Shown: positions 40,631 to 53,982 of the stretch, piece after piece
Layout of the letters: each line of letters opens with the position of its first letter
How positions within the stretch are numbered: position 1 is the stretch's first letter
DNA from: Octopus vulgaris
Taxonomy: Eukaryota
Length of the DNA stretch: 64,000 nucleotides
Direction of reading: 5' to 3'
Assembly: GCA_951406725.2 (NCBI GenBank)
Contig: OX597814.1
Coordinates: 25,854,001 to 25,918,000, forward strand
The notes under the pieces: generated by a model
Told to the model about the DNA's origin: nothing
Databases searched by the model: none
Seen by the model: the letters and a program-made list of their open reading frames with translations, nothing else
Position numbers and translations under genes: made by a program

Positions 40631-41497
40631 TATAACTTCATGATTTTCTTTTATGGTTTTACAGTCTAGGAAACTTTTACAATAACTATACTGAGAATTA
40701 CCATTTCCTATTTAAAGTCTATCAATTTTCACATGAGCACTAGCATTATTTTCTATGCTCCATAAGGTTTTATTAGCTTTTAATACTTAATACAATCAAT
40801 AATGTCAAAAGTTTCAAGTTTTTTAAATTTTATTAGAAAGTTTATCAAGATTTATTTTTTAATGTTTCATTTTTATCTAGGGTAGGAGTGGGTACATGGA
40901 GGGCAATTTTAGGTATTGTTTTTGTTTGTTTATGAAAGTTCAAGTTGAAATCTATATTTGAAAATTATATCTTCAACGTTACGTTCAATGCAGTCGTATT
41001 AGATCAATCTCATTTTCATTGATTTACTCAAAGCCCGTAAGGAATACACTTAGATCAATAATAATTGAAAGATTTATTGATTTTTTAAAGATTTAGTCTT
41101 TATTTTTCTAATATTGCTATTATAAATTTTTGGTACTGATGATATTGCAATCTGTCTCCTTACTTTTTTCTCCTATTAAGTATTTCTCTTTACCAGCTGT
41201 GTAGAAATTAATTTAAGCAGCTGTCGGAGATTTGGCAAAATATGTGTCTAGATGTTTATTCTTCTGTCTACATCCAGTCTTCTTCTATGTTTGCATGGGT
41301 TGGATAGATCTTCAAATTAACACGTCTGCCTCAATATTGAGAGGAAGTGTATTTTCGACTGGATTGCCTGTCTTTCATCTGTTCATAGTCAATAAAATAA
41401 GTACTAATCATGTATTTGATATCTTCAACCAATTATACTCTTGTTCCAAAGTTATCAAAAAGAATCAATATAAAACAAGTGAAATGACTGATATATT

Positions 41498-41710
41498 CTT
41501 TTCTACTCTAGGCACAAGGCCCAAAATTTTGGGGTAGGGAGCCAGTTGATTAGATCGACCCCAGTACGCAACTGGTACTTAATTTATTGACCCTGAAAGG
41601 ATGAAAGGCAAAGTCAACCTCGGTGGAATTTGAACTCAGAACATAAAGACAGACAAAATACCACTAAGCATTTTGGCTGGTGTGCTAACGATTCTGCCAG
41701 CTTGCCACCT
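41498..41710 (-). mobile_element. SINE family A, perfect 18-bp TSD
   Basis: TSD TGAAATGACTGATATATT at 41480-41497 and 41711-41728. Confidence 0.92.
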
Positions 41711-42259
41711 TGAAATGACTGATATATTGATGATTCACCGTGCTTGAGAAAACCTATCCATATCAGTAAAAACTGAGGTTTTAAAAGCATATCATTTATG
41801 TCTATGTCCTGCACCCTGTCAAGCTTACCATACAACTCATCTTCCTAACAGTTATCCTTCCATCTAACTATGGCAATTTGTCCCTAGCTGCCTAACACAT
41901 ATTTCATCCTCTGTTTGTGCTGCCAATCATTTCCCTCTTTGGAACTACTTCCTTTTGCACTCATCCCACATTCTCACAATTATACCTGACCACTTTATTT
42001 TCCACTAAAATTCCATTTTCATCTGAACACTCCCTCTTATCTACCCTCAGCTATCTCTCTACCTTTGTTTATCATGCCCTATATCCACCTCTGCATATTT
42101 CTGATCTCCATCTTTCTTGCTGTGCATCTTTCTTCTCCCCAGCACTTCACACCATATCCCTGTTCCTGTTTGTTCTATCTTACTTCATCCTCTCAACATC
42201 TGGTACCAAGCTACTTTCCTCAATTTTTCACCTCCACCACTAATTAGTTGGTGACCTCA

Positions 42260-42425
42260 TTGATGCCAGAGCCTCACAAAATCACTCCCAGTACACTCTG
42301 TACAGTGATTGGTACTAAGAAGGGCATCCAGCTATAGAAACCTTGCCAAACTAGACACTGCCAAACCATCTAGCCTACACTAGCATGGAACATAAACATT
42401 AAATGATGATGATGATGGTGATGGT
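42260..42425 (+). mobile_element. RTE 3' UTR fragment
   Basis: CAGTACACTCTG..AAGAAGGGCATCCAGC..AGCATGGAACATAAACATTAAATGATGAT. Confidence 0.7.
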
Positions 42426-44249
42426 GACTGAAGAGAAACAGATTACTATTTAGCAAGACAGGCCTAGAACAACTTTGTTTATAATTTTCCTCAAGCAAGG
42501 CAAACTTTGGTTCAAGCAACTTTTACTGTTAACAGCACCAGAAGGGATTTCTACATAGTTGGACAACCTGCTAGAAATAACAACTTTTGTATCATATTAG
42601 ATTATGTAGTCCAAGGTACATTATTCTTGAAAAAGATAAGAATATCTTGTTCTGAATTACTTGTAGGTTCACTGATGTGACATTTCAGAGTTAAATGCTT
42701 TGCTGACAGACCACCACACTATGATGATGATTGGATACAAACAGTCACTTCTCAGCTAGTTATTTGCAATCCAATGTACTAGAAGGTATCTGGTTGGTCA
42801 TTAAAACATAAGAAAAAACAAAGAACATCTATTTCTTTTTTCTTTCCTTTTTTTTTTTTGCTTTACTACATTTCTTATTTGAATAGTTTTGTAAATATAC
42901 TTGATTGTATCAGATTTTTGTCTTTTCACTATTTTTATTTTTGTTTATTCAAAAAGGTATGACCTTTAGAGGTAATAGTACAAGGAAATTAACAAGGCTA
43001 TTGGGTCTTAAAAGAAATGAGTGACTGAGACATGTGAAGAAAAACAATTGATGAAGTCTGACAGAAAAATTACAGTATGTTGGTAGATCATAGCTGGCAT
43101 AAGAATAAATTATGGACGTTATGAGTAAGGTAAATTAGATACCAGAATGTTTGGCATTACAGAGGAAATACTGAAAGCTTGAGATGACCAGGGGTAAAGA
43201 TAGTATCTTTCAAGCATATCCCACATATAGCAGTAAGAAGGATTTTGTAAAATGCACTGGTAGGTCTGAATTTTATTGGAATATGGTAATATTGATGTTG
43301 ATGCTGCCACAGATTAATCATCATGATGATTTCTTTTGGTATGAGTTAGAATTATTTGTAAATACATACATTTGATTGTGTTCTGTATAAATGTGATTCG
43401 TTTTTAAGGTCAATGTTCCTTGCAATGAAATCAACTGTAAAATGAAAATGTTCCTTATTCTCCTAATACACATGTTTAAACATAAACCAAATTGATGTGC
43501 TTGCTATAACATTGCAATATCCATCATGAGATTTAAACCATTGAACTAATAGTTGATTTTTTTCTGACCTTTGAACATATGTCTGGCATCAATACAATTT
43601 GGCCTAGGCTTTGATTCATTCGTTGTCATGCCTGACTACATGTTTCCATCATTATACTTAAATCATGGTTATGAAAGTAATTCAGAACTGTTAGTGTTTA
43701 CATATTACCTGACATGACTTTGTTGAGCTTGTGATCAAAATGAAAGATAAACAAATATAAGCATACACATTCCACTGTTGTTTCTGTATACAAAACAGAA
43801 AAGAATCTAACTCATCATTCTATTCCATCACAATGAAATCTAAACTATAACAATACATCACATCAAAGATAGGGGCATCCAAAGTACAAATAATTTTTGC
43901 CACTGCACAAAATGACAATTTAAACTTGTAAGCTTATTTACTATAGATATTATCTTATTTTATTGCCAGATCATTGAATGTGGCTGATTTCCCAATGTCT
44001 CACTGCATGTTTAATGGCTAAGGATTAAAGCTGTGCTGAAGTATTGCTAATCAATGAGGCAGTTGTTGGATTACACTTTACTTCTAGACTGGGCAGTTCA
44101 GCTGCAAATGGCCTTTCAGTCACATGTAATACATAAATTTTTATTTGAATATCAGTTTGCCTATTGACTCTCACTTCCTCTCTCTTTCTCTCTCTCCTGC
44201 CTTCTCTTACTTTCTCTCTTTCCATGTATGTATGTGTGTATTATTTTTT

Positions 44250-44294
<45 letters not shown>

Positions 44295-44328
44295 TGTGTA
44301 TGTGTGTGTATGTATGTGTGTATGTATG

Positions 44329-44362
<34 letters not shown>

Positions 44363-44389
44363 TGTATTTATGCATGTATCTCTGTCTAT

Positions 44390-44761
44390 CACTTTATTTC
44401 AAGACAATCTGTTGATACCAACATTTTAAAAGTTTACACCAAGGCTGTTAAAACTGTTAGCCATAAAATCTGTTGAAGTCACCATTTGGAGGACAAAGGA
44501 CATATATTTTCCCACTTGATGATATATCACTTATTCAAAAAGCATTCTGTTCACTTGGGGACTGCCTTTCGTGCAAAATTTTGGATCAATCGAATCAATA
44601 GGCCATTATCAATAGAAATATTAACAAGCATATCTGGCAAAGTCTATCAGGTTTCTCTAATGTGCTTTATATACTTATTCAAATTTATCGATTTTCCTTC
44701 CCTCTGTAAAGCTGTTTACATCACACTCAAAGAGAATACAAAAGCTTATTTTAGTGAATGA
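44390..44761 (+). pseudogene. Possible Penelope-like RT remnant
   Basis: ORFs 44228-44476 and 44486-44761 share a frame across one TGA: ISRQSVDTNILKVYTKAVK..FRAKFWINR..ISGKVYQVS..FIDFPSLCKAVY; loose resemblance to the PLE RT N-terminal region. Confidence 0.35.
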
Positions 44762-45139
44762 ATAGACATAAATTCTTTTCATAATATTTTGCCATGTTAT
44801 TAAAGCTGTAGAAATGTTAATATCAGTATGATGTCCTGGATTTCTGATTGTTCCCTCAGTTTTACCTTTTCACAGTCAGGCCATATTATCAGGTGACATA
44901 GGTCTACTAATACATTGCAATGTGTACAGTATATGATCTCACAGCAAGTGTATCAAATGTTATTCAATTTTCATTCACTTAATACAGCTTTGAGTGTGTG
45001 TTTGTGTGCATGTGTGTGTGTGTGTATACACATACACATATAACATGTATTTACATATGTATATGTTTTTATAAATATATCAACATCATCATCATCATCA
45101 TCATCATCGTTTAACATCCATTTACCACACTGGCATGGG

Positions 45140-45470
<331 letters not shown>

Positions 45471-45474
45471 AATG

Positions 45475-48007
45475 TCATCATCATCATCATTTAACGTCCA
45501 TTGTCCATGGGTTGAATGGTTTGACCAGGGCTGGCAAGCTGGAAAGTTGCACCAGACTCCAGTTTGATTTGGTATGGTTTCTCCAGCCAGATGCTCTTCC
45601 TCACACCAACAGTTCCATGAGGCCCGATGCTTGGAAGGTGCTTTTTACGTGCCACTGGCAAGGTGCCAGTTACAAGACACCAGCATCAGCCATAACTATG
45701 ATTTCACTTGATGGGTCTTCTGAGGCACAGCATATTGCCAAAGGTCTCAGTCCCTAGTCATTGCTTCTGTGAGGCTCAAAGTTCGAAGATCGTGCTTTAC
45801 CACCTCATCCCATGTCTTCATGGGTCTACCTCTTCCACAATTTCCCTCCACAGTTAGAGATCGGGTCTTCTTTACACAGCTGTCCTCGTCCATATGCATC
45901 ACATGACTATACAAGCACAGTCATCACTCTTGCATACCACATCTGATTCCTCTTATGCCTAACTTTTCTTTCAAGATGATTACACTCTGTTGAACATGCA
46001 TACTAACATTGCACATCCAGCAAGGCATACTGGCTTTATTTTTTTCAAACGTGCACATGTCTTCGGCTGTCACAGCCCATGTTTCATTGCCATGTACATA
46101 GCTGTTCACACACAGGCATCATACAATCTGCCTTTCACTCTGAGAGAGAGGCCATTTGTTGCCAGCAGAGGAAGGAGCTCTCTGAACTTTGCCCAGCCTA
46201 ATCTTATTTTCACAGCTACACTCTCAGAGCATCCGCCTCCTCTACTAACTTGGTTACCTAGATAATGGAAGTTATGTACTACCTCTTGCTTATCCCTCCG
46301 GAAGTTGATGGAGACTATTTTCTGTACATTTTCGGTGTTTATTGTACCTGTGCATCTTCCACATACTAAAACTATTTTCCCTGTTAACCTTCCTCTAATA
46401 TTGCTGCACCATTTATGTGTCCAAAGCTTACACAAGGTGCATCTTATGGAGTTTCTACCTATGCCTTTACTACATATCAAGAAGGGCCATGTGCCTGAAG
46501 GGATTTGAGATTTGTCTGCCTTCCAACTTACTAAGACTTAGGTTTTTGTTAGGTTAACTCTAAGGCCCTTCGATTTTAGAACTTGCTTCCATACCTGGAA
46601 CTTCTTCTCTAGGTCTGGTAATGATTCACTTATAAGAACAAGGTCATCAGTATAGAGGAGCTCCCAGAAGAAGTGTGTCTTAATCTCCTCTGTTATTGCC
46701 TGAAAGACTACAATGAACAAGAGAGGGCTAAGGACTGATCCTTGGTGAACCCCTACTTGTGCCCTGAATTCTTCACTGTACTCATTGCCGTTCCTCACCT
46801 AATTGGTAGCATCCCTGTACATGGCTTATACAGCTCCACCAAGCCCCTGTCTATCCCTAGTTTCTGCATTGACCACCAGATAAGGGACTGAGGGACCTTG
46901 TCAAAGGCTTTCTCTAAATCAACAAACAGACGGTTATCTTTGGGTATGTATTTCTCCAGCAACTGCCTTACCAAAAATATAACATCAATGGCACAAAACC
47001 AAACAGCATCTCATCTAGACTAACTCTCTCCCTAATTAGTTGGGCTATGACTCTCTCCATAATTTTAATCACCTGATCCAACAATTTGATACCTCTGTAA
47101 TTTTTTGCTATTTAAGGTTTCACCTTTACCTTTGTAGCAATTGACTATGGTGCTGCTACACCAGTCATTGGGTATGACTCCTTCATGAACTACTTCATTT
47201 ACAGTATGGGTGACTTGACCATAACCCACACTACCAGATATTTTAAGCATCTCAGTAGTGATTCCTGATGGGCTCAGGGATTTCCCTGTCTTCATATCCT
47301 TAATTGCTTTATCTAACAAGGTGCTATCAATTCGGATAGCTGGTCCCTCAATTGGGTCAACATTTGACAGACTCTCCTCCTTTCATTCATTCTCCACGTT
47401 CATCAGTCTTTCATAACGACATTTACAAGCCTCCTTCTTTGCAGAATCATTAAATGCAAGAGCACCATCATCCAATCAGACACATTTCTCACCTATGACA
47501 TGGCAATTTTCTCTCACACACTGTCTTGCAATCTGGAACACTTCAGTTCTTTGGTCCTCACATCACTGAACATAAGCAAACTTCTTTTTTGCTTCTCCTT
47601 TGGCTGGGTATACCTGTCTTCTAACTTCCCTTCTGGGTATCTAATACAGTTTCCTGGTACCCCCACTTTTCCAGGCCTTCTAGTCTTGTTCCTTTATTCT
47701 AATGGCCCTGTCTACAACATCGTTCTTCCACCACATTACTTTAGGTCCAGATGAGACTTTGCACCAGCCGCAGATTTGGTCTGTGGCACTCAGCAAGCTG
47801 TCCCACAGGAATTCCCAGTTGCCCTATATGTCACAAGTCTGTAGCACCTCCTCCCTCTCATCAAATTTCTCAATTAGTATTTCCCTCAATCTCTGACCAT
47901 ATGAAAGGTCCTTAAGCTTTCAAATCCTTCTTTTCCAGATTGGTCAGCTTCTTGGTATCCTTCTAGCCTGGAGCCTAAAGTCACTAATGACTAGTATATG
48001 CTGGGGG
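45475..48007 (-). mobile_element. RTE LINE, 5'-truncated at the end of the APE endonuclease, multiple frameshifts
   Basis: PQHILVISDF, IPNDWCSSTIVNCYKGKG, FVDLEKAFDKV, VGVHQGSVLSPLLF, LLYTDDLVL, GLRVNLTKT, PHD-like finger, FHYLG, HGNETW; 3' UTR and (GAT)n tail at 45475-45700. Confidence 0.95.
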
Positions 48008-48026
48008 ATACATACATGCATACATG

Positions 48027-48575
48027 GTGGCTGCCCCCTCGTTATCGAGTATGGTCATTGCACGAAGCTTAATCAATGTTGTTATCATACAATGCCTGTG
48101 CAAGAAGATTTTTTTTAAAGTGAGGAAAGGCTGTGCACTGAGTCAATCCCACTCACTAAGCAACAACAGCCTTAATCTGAAAAGAACAAGTCAACATCAT
48201 CGGTAACCACTGAACTGCAGGTTTTATGTCGGAGTTATCCCAGTTACCTGAGTTACCTTCTCCTAGAAGGATGCCCTAACAAAGGCTGGGAGTCCTTCAC
48301 TCCCAATGGCTTAACCGCATGATCGGGTATTCAGTCTGATTATTTCTATGTCCCCGTGCATGATACAGCCTTAAGACATTTATTGGATGGCCGTTGACTC
48401 TCAAGAGTTCCTCCGCCCTTTGATGGGTTTTTTTTTTTCATCCTGCAGGGTATCCAATAAACACCCTCCTCACCAAGCAAGCTTGGTGGGGTTGCCGGTT
48501 TAGTTGCCGACGACCCGACCATGCAACAGGTTGCACTGGGTTACATGTTACCAGTAGCACTCAAAAGTGACCTGA
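48027..48575 (-). mobile_element. Non-autonomous bipartite RTE-derived element (5' UTR + 3' end) in a (CATA)n tract
   Basis: RTE 5'-UTR-like TTAGGGCATCCTTCTAGGAGAAGG..AAAACC; 3' end GACCATACTCGATAACGAGGGGGCAGCC followed by TATG repeats; no ORF. Confidence 0.6.
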
Positions 48576-51040
48576 CATACATACATACATACATACATAC
48601 ATACATACATACATACATGCATGCATGCATGCATGCATGTATGTATGTTTCCCCCAGCATATACTAGTCATGTATGTATGTATGTAAGCATGTATAAAAT
48701 GTATTTTTGGCCACAGATTGAGCATTGTAAAGTTGTATGAATCTTGCAACCCCAAATCATGTCTTAGTAACAATCCAAACTATATGGGGATTTAATCTTG
48801 AATCCATATCCTTAGATTCTTTCCTTATCTGAGATGGAAACTATTTCCATAAGAGTACACCAACATCTAAATTATCTAGCATATATAATTATTGACCTCA
48901 GAAATTTTGTTATGTTAATAGTTGTTTCTTAATGAGACATGGTAGAAAAAAATAGTCTTCCAGAAGTGAATACAGATTTAGAGATTTATTGGTTCAATGT
49001 ATATGATAAGTGATGTTGCTGTATGCCAACATGTGTGTGTGTGTGTGTGCACGCATGCAGGCGGGCGTGTGTTTTTGTGTGTGTGTGTGTATGTATGTGT
49101 GTGTGCATGCTTGCAAGTATGCAGTATAGCTTGCGAAAGATACTATTTCATATGTCTAACATTTGTAAAATGAGATAAAATCTTTGGAAATCTGGACACC
49201 ACAGTTATATTTTATGAGGAACTTGATGCAATATTTTCATAAAATTTCATCCAAACTCTCTTTTCTAACCAAGAATTATGCTGCCAGCAAACACAATGAT
49301 GCTAAATATTGGTTTCTTATTTTGCTTTTCTGTAGTCACTATCTTGTGTGAATGATGGTGAAGGTATTTTATGTGTTGGCAAGTAATAGAAAATATTATT
49401 TATTGTGGATAGAAAGAACAGAGATGTTGCCATATATGGTAAGAAGCATTCTTATATGTTAGTCAATAAGTGATTCACTGCATGTAGTTGTTTGATTTAA
49501 TTCATTTTAAAAAATAAAAGGTTTATCCAGTAGCTGAGCTTCTGTCTCAACTACTTTTTTTATATTATTGATTTATATATAATGTCACATATAATTTTGT
49601 GAAAATTGTGGCTTCAAGGTATATAAAAATGAAATATACAGCATATGAATATGAAAAAGTGTGAATTCTAATTTCTGTAAAAGATGTACAATAGACAATT
49701 ACGTGTAAAAATTTTTGTCATTTGATACAGTGGTTAGTTGTCCAAAGCAGTACTTGATATACCAATGTTTGGTGTTGGTAAAGAGATGTGGTGGATATTT
49801 ATTCAAGCAATGTCTAGTATCTATATAATCCATTGTTCTGCTAATGTCTATTGTTGAGTGAGATATTTTACAAGTAAAGAGAGAACTTCATATGATGCAC
49901 TGAATAATGGACAGAGAGATATGAGAGTTTGAGATTTCTAGAATAAGCTCTACTATATTTCAGTGAATGCAAGGAAATGTAATTTGAGTCCTTCATTTTC
50001 TGTATTTGCATTAACTTAGAATTATTATGACTTTGCTAAGCTTTCGTAGTTATAGAATTATGTAGCATTGATAGGTGTTACATATGTAAGCTAATACTCC
50101 TGGGGGCCTCAGCAGTTATTGGTATAGGTTTCATTTCGATAATATGATACTGTCATATGACTCTCTAAGTATGCCTCTCACAATTTGTTAATTTCACGAT
50201 CTAACAATTAGGAAGTTCTAATTAGTTGGACACCTTAATACTTCCAGTATTTCAATTCAAACATTAACCATGTTAAATTATTGTCTTGTAATTGACATAT
50301 TTTAGAAGCAATTCTAGAATACAATTTCAGGGACAACTATAGGAAGGTGTTCAATTTAATATTATTCAATTAGATATTATATTGGCTCATTGCATTTTGA
50401 AGGACTAAAGTAATAGAACATATCCAACATACTATAATATTTTTCTTGTTTTCACTTTTTTACCCTGTTCTGTTAAAAAATTATTTTAATATTTTCCTTC
50501 CAATATGTTCAGAATCAAATATATGCTTTTAATTAGGAAACTAAAAGAGCTTTTATTTTCCAGTGCTATATCATAAAAAGCATTCCCTCTTGGCAAGGAC
50601 TGGTTCTATAAACAAACACCAAGATCAATAGAAAAAGTAAATGCTATTTACTAGAACAGTTCTCTGGTTTCTCTCTCCCCCATCTATGAACACAGAAACT
50701 GAAGCCACCTAAGTACATTCAAAACAACAGAGAAAAAGATGGTAATAAGAATAGCAGGATATATACTGAATATCAGTAAGGAAAAAAATTAATAACTATA
50801 CAACATCACACGAATTTTCAACAGTAATGTATACACCAAAGAGCATTATAATATTGTTTGTATCTTATTGTGATATACAATCTGTTAACTTATTAAATTG
50901 TTGAAATACATTCATGTATTGTGAATAAACCAATGAGGAAGGCCTCTGAGTAGTCATCCAACCTGATAGATATAGCAGCTAGATTCCCTGAAATCACACT
51001 CTAACATCTTTTAAAAAGGCAATACAAATAGGATAATATA

Positions 51041-51119
51041 CAAGGTGACCCAAAATTCAGGTTAACATTTAATCTACTAGTATATATTAAATGATAGGAC
51101 AAACTCTGGTGCCACCCTG
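51041..51119. mobile_element. Tiny Tc1/mariner-type MITE
   Basis: TA|CAAGGTGACCCAAAATT ... AACTCTGGTGCCACCCTG|TA with a palindromic core. Confidence 0.7.
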
Positions 51120-51124
51120 TATTT

Positions 51125-51243
51125 CAGGAGAGGTTAAAAATACACGCACCACTCATTTTCAGCATAACCCTAACCCTAAAACTAACCCTAACCCTAACCC
51201 TAAACCCTAAACATTGGATGTGTGTATTCTTTACCTTTGCCTG
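51125..51243. mobile_element. MITE-like element with internal telomeric (TAACCC)n
   Basis: Imperfect ~28-bp TIRs CAGGAGAGGTTAAAAATACACGCACCA / TGGATGTGTGTATTCTTTACCTTTGCCTG; TATTT on both flanks. Confidence 0.7.
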
Positions 51244-52224
51244 TATTTCTAGATACTCTTGGAACAACAAGAAGTATATTTAATCAGAGATGATCTGGAG
51301 CTAAATCACCACAATTTAATATTACTACATCAAATCAACAAGGGAATCCTTATGTGGTTGTTAAGCCTGCTAGACAGAGAAGACCTCAAATCTCACAAAT
51401 TTTAAGGAAAGAATGCGTAAGACAATGTAAATATTGCTTACCTCTAAATCCTACACAGAGGGCTCATAGGTTTTTACTAGAGCTAAACAACAATAATGAT
51501 AATTTATTGTGAAAATATATTTTCATATACTGCTGTTGAATTTCTTGTAGCCAAGTTACATATCTGTTTCCTGGTGGATAAACAGACAAGATGAGATTTA
51601 AAATATGCTTCTTGGGTATTAGGCTTAATCTCTCACCCAGTTTAATGCCACTACCACCACCATCACTAGGCACCTTGGGAACCTTTAGTGAAGTCCACTC
51701 TATTGCAAGCCTTACAGGCTGGGCTCTGTTTTGAAAACACCTTTCTCCTTTCTTTACTCACAACCATTAGTCTCAGAGAACCTTGTTATAGACACTGTCT
51801 TCTCCTGTCTACATAATATAAAAATAGGAATTTGTGCAACAGACATGGCAACACGTTTTATACAATGTTGCTCTATTTGCATGAGTGGCTGAGTCTATTG
51901 TCAATAAAAAGATCATTCAGTCATTTGTGGCTCCCCACAGTGTCCTCAGAAGCTACAAGAGAACTGGAACTCACACCATAAGCTAAAAACATATTTAATT
52001 ACACAGTGAACCCCAATACTTACTACTATAAGATATTCTCAATCATCATAAAGTAGAGTAAGCCCAAAATAGTTCAGCATATTGACTGTTGTCCTTATAT
52101 AGATTGCAGCACAGTGCTTCCTTTTCTCTAACTTCTAGTAAGGTGTGTTATTTGATACAAAATATATTACATTTTTGGTACCAATTTTATACCCCATTGT
52201 GATTGGAAAGATTTCCAATTGGTA

Positions 52225-52485
52225 ACACATGTCAAACACTTTTAAATTGATCAGCAAACTCCTACACAATACATGACAAACACTTGTAATGCACCTACAC
52301 TGCACCACATGATAAAACATCTCTATCATACATGACAAAAACCAGCAAAACACCTGGCAAATATCAGAACATCTGACAAACATGTGATAAACTACTGTAA
52401 AACAACTGTACAATATATAACAAACATATGAACATATGACACTCATTTGTGCAACACCTGGTGAACACCTGATGAACACCTTTAT
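52225..52485. repeat. Degenerate ~11-bp tandem repeat (consensus ~CTGACAAACAC)
   Basis: ATGACAAACAC, CTGACAAACAT, CTGGTGAACAC, CTGATGAACAC, CAGCAAAACAC units in register. Confidence 0.65.
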
Positions 52486-52603
52486 GATAAATTGCAATAC
52501 TTAACAATGTATAATACTTACATTGTTCGAAAATAACTTATTTGTTTAGCAATTGCAGAAAAAATTGTAGAAAACTTCTACTATAGTTTTACAGTTATAT
52601 TTC

Positions 52604-52925
52604 TTGTTGTTGTTGTTGTTGTTGTTGTTTTTGCTGCTGCTGCTGCTGCTGCTGTTGTTGTTGTTGTTGTTGCTGCTGCTGTTGTTGTTGTTGTTGTTGT
52701 TTTTGTTGTTGTTGTTGTTGTTGTTGTTTTTTTAGCTGTAGGTCAGCCTTGATTGAATAACCTTATGATCAAAGGAATTCCAGCCATGAACACCCAATAG
52801 TTTTGTACACCAGAGCTATGTTATCTAAAGTGTCCTTCTTTGTTTTTAGAAACCAGTGTGATTTGAAGTCAATTTGGTAGCTATATCTAGCAGATTTAGT
52901 GATCTTCTAGTAACTTTCTTGTTAC
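52604..52925 (-). repeat. Family D repeat with expanded (AAC/AGC)n tail
   Basis: (GTT/GCT)n at 52604-52730 directly joins TTTAGCTGTAGGTCAGCCTTGATTG..GATCAAAGGAATTCCAGCC. Confidence 0.65.
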
Positions 52926-53982
52926 CTTGGCAACTGCATAAAGACTCCTCCCTTTTGGCATTATTTTTTTTTTTTTTTAGTAGTGTTTAATGTTTACAGA
53001 TTCAGAATTAGTGCTTCCTCTATCAAACTTTATTTTCACAGTATATTTCCTTCTAAACCATCCTATAATATATTCTATAATATTCTGAATTATAAAGAAT
53101 ATAATAATTACAGGATCTTTTCTTTAAATGCAATAATAAGATTAAAACAGCCTAATATTATCAAAAATAATTTTTTTATTAATGTATGAACGTCCTTTCA
53201 TAGACATCTGCAGTCTATTGTCAATATAATTGCTTATGTAAAATACTCAGCATGTAAACATGGAGAAGGAAATCTTTATGGCATAAGCTATGAAAATCAT
53301 GCTTTTGAGAATGAAGGAAAGTTTTTCAGATTTAATGTATGTCATTTTCTTTTATATTTTGTAATAACTCTGTTTTGTTTATTATTAAGAGTTTATGTAT
53401 TATTTTTCCTCATGTCCATTTCATCAATATTCACTATTTCAAAGTCACTCCAACATCAAAGGAGAGTTAGTGTTTAAGTATTCTACAGATTTTCTTTTGT
53501 TTTGTTTATTCATTTATTTTTTTATTTTTCTTTACATATTTTGCTTTTAATTGGGTTTTGTAGGTGGGGAATGTTGAGATTATCTAACTATAATTAATGA
53601 AAAAGTTTGAGTTTTAATAATTAAATAAAACTCTCAAACTAATTTATACGATGCTAACCACTTCCCACTTCCTACGATATACCTACATAACCACCCAATA
53701 TTTCAGCCAAACAAAAACAAGCTAAATATCAAGTAAAAAGCAATCTGTTCTTTAGTTTTACATTGCTACTCCCAGAATTAATTATAGGAATATAAACTAT
53801 TCAGTCTTTGTCTAAACCAAGCAAAACAATAACATAAAAAGCATGCAGGTCAGTTCTAACAGAGTAGACCTATGGCTAAAGACATTCCAGTGGTGACCAC
53901 TTCATCTTTTTATTGAGCTGTGTTGCATCTCAGAGGTCACAGATAAGCAGAGTTATTAGGGTATTAGATTGAATACTATATA

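Noticed and set aside
43020-43280. Coding-looking purine-rich stretch
   Set aside because: No sustained open frame and no recognisable motif
51165-51210. True telomere or fusion site
   Set aside because: Only ~7 units, enclosed by inverted repeats
52604-52730. PolyQ-coding exon (CAA/CAG on minus strand)
   Set aside because: Contiguous with a family D repeat end; no ORF context
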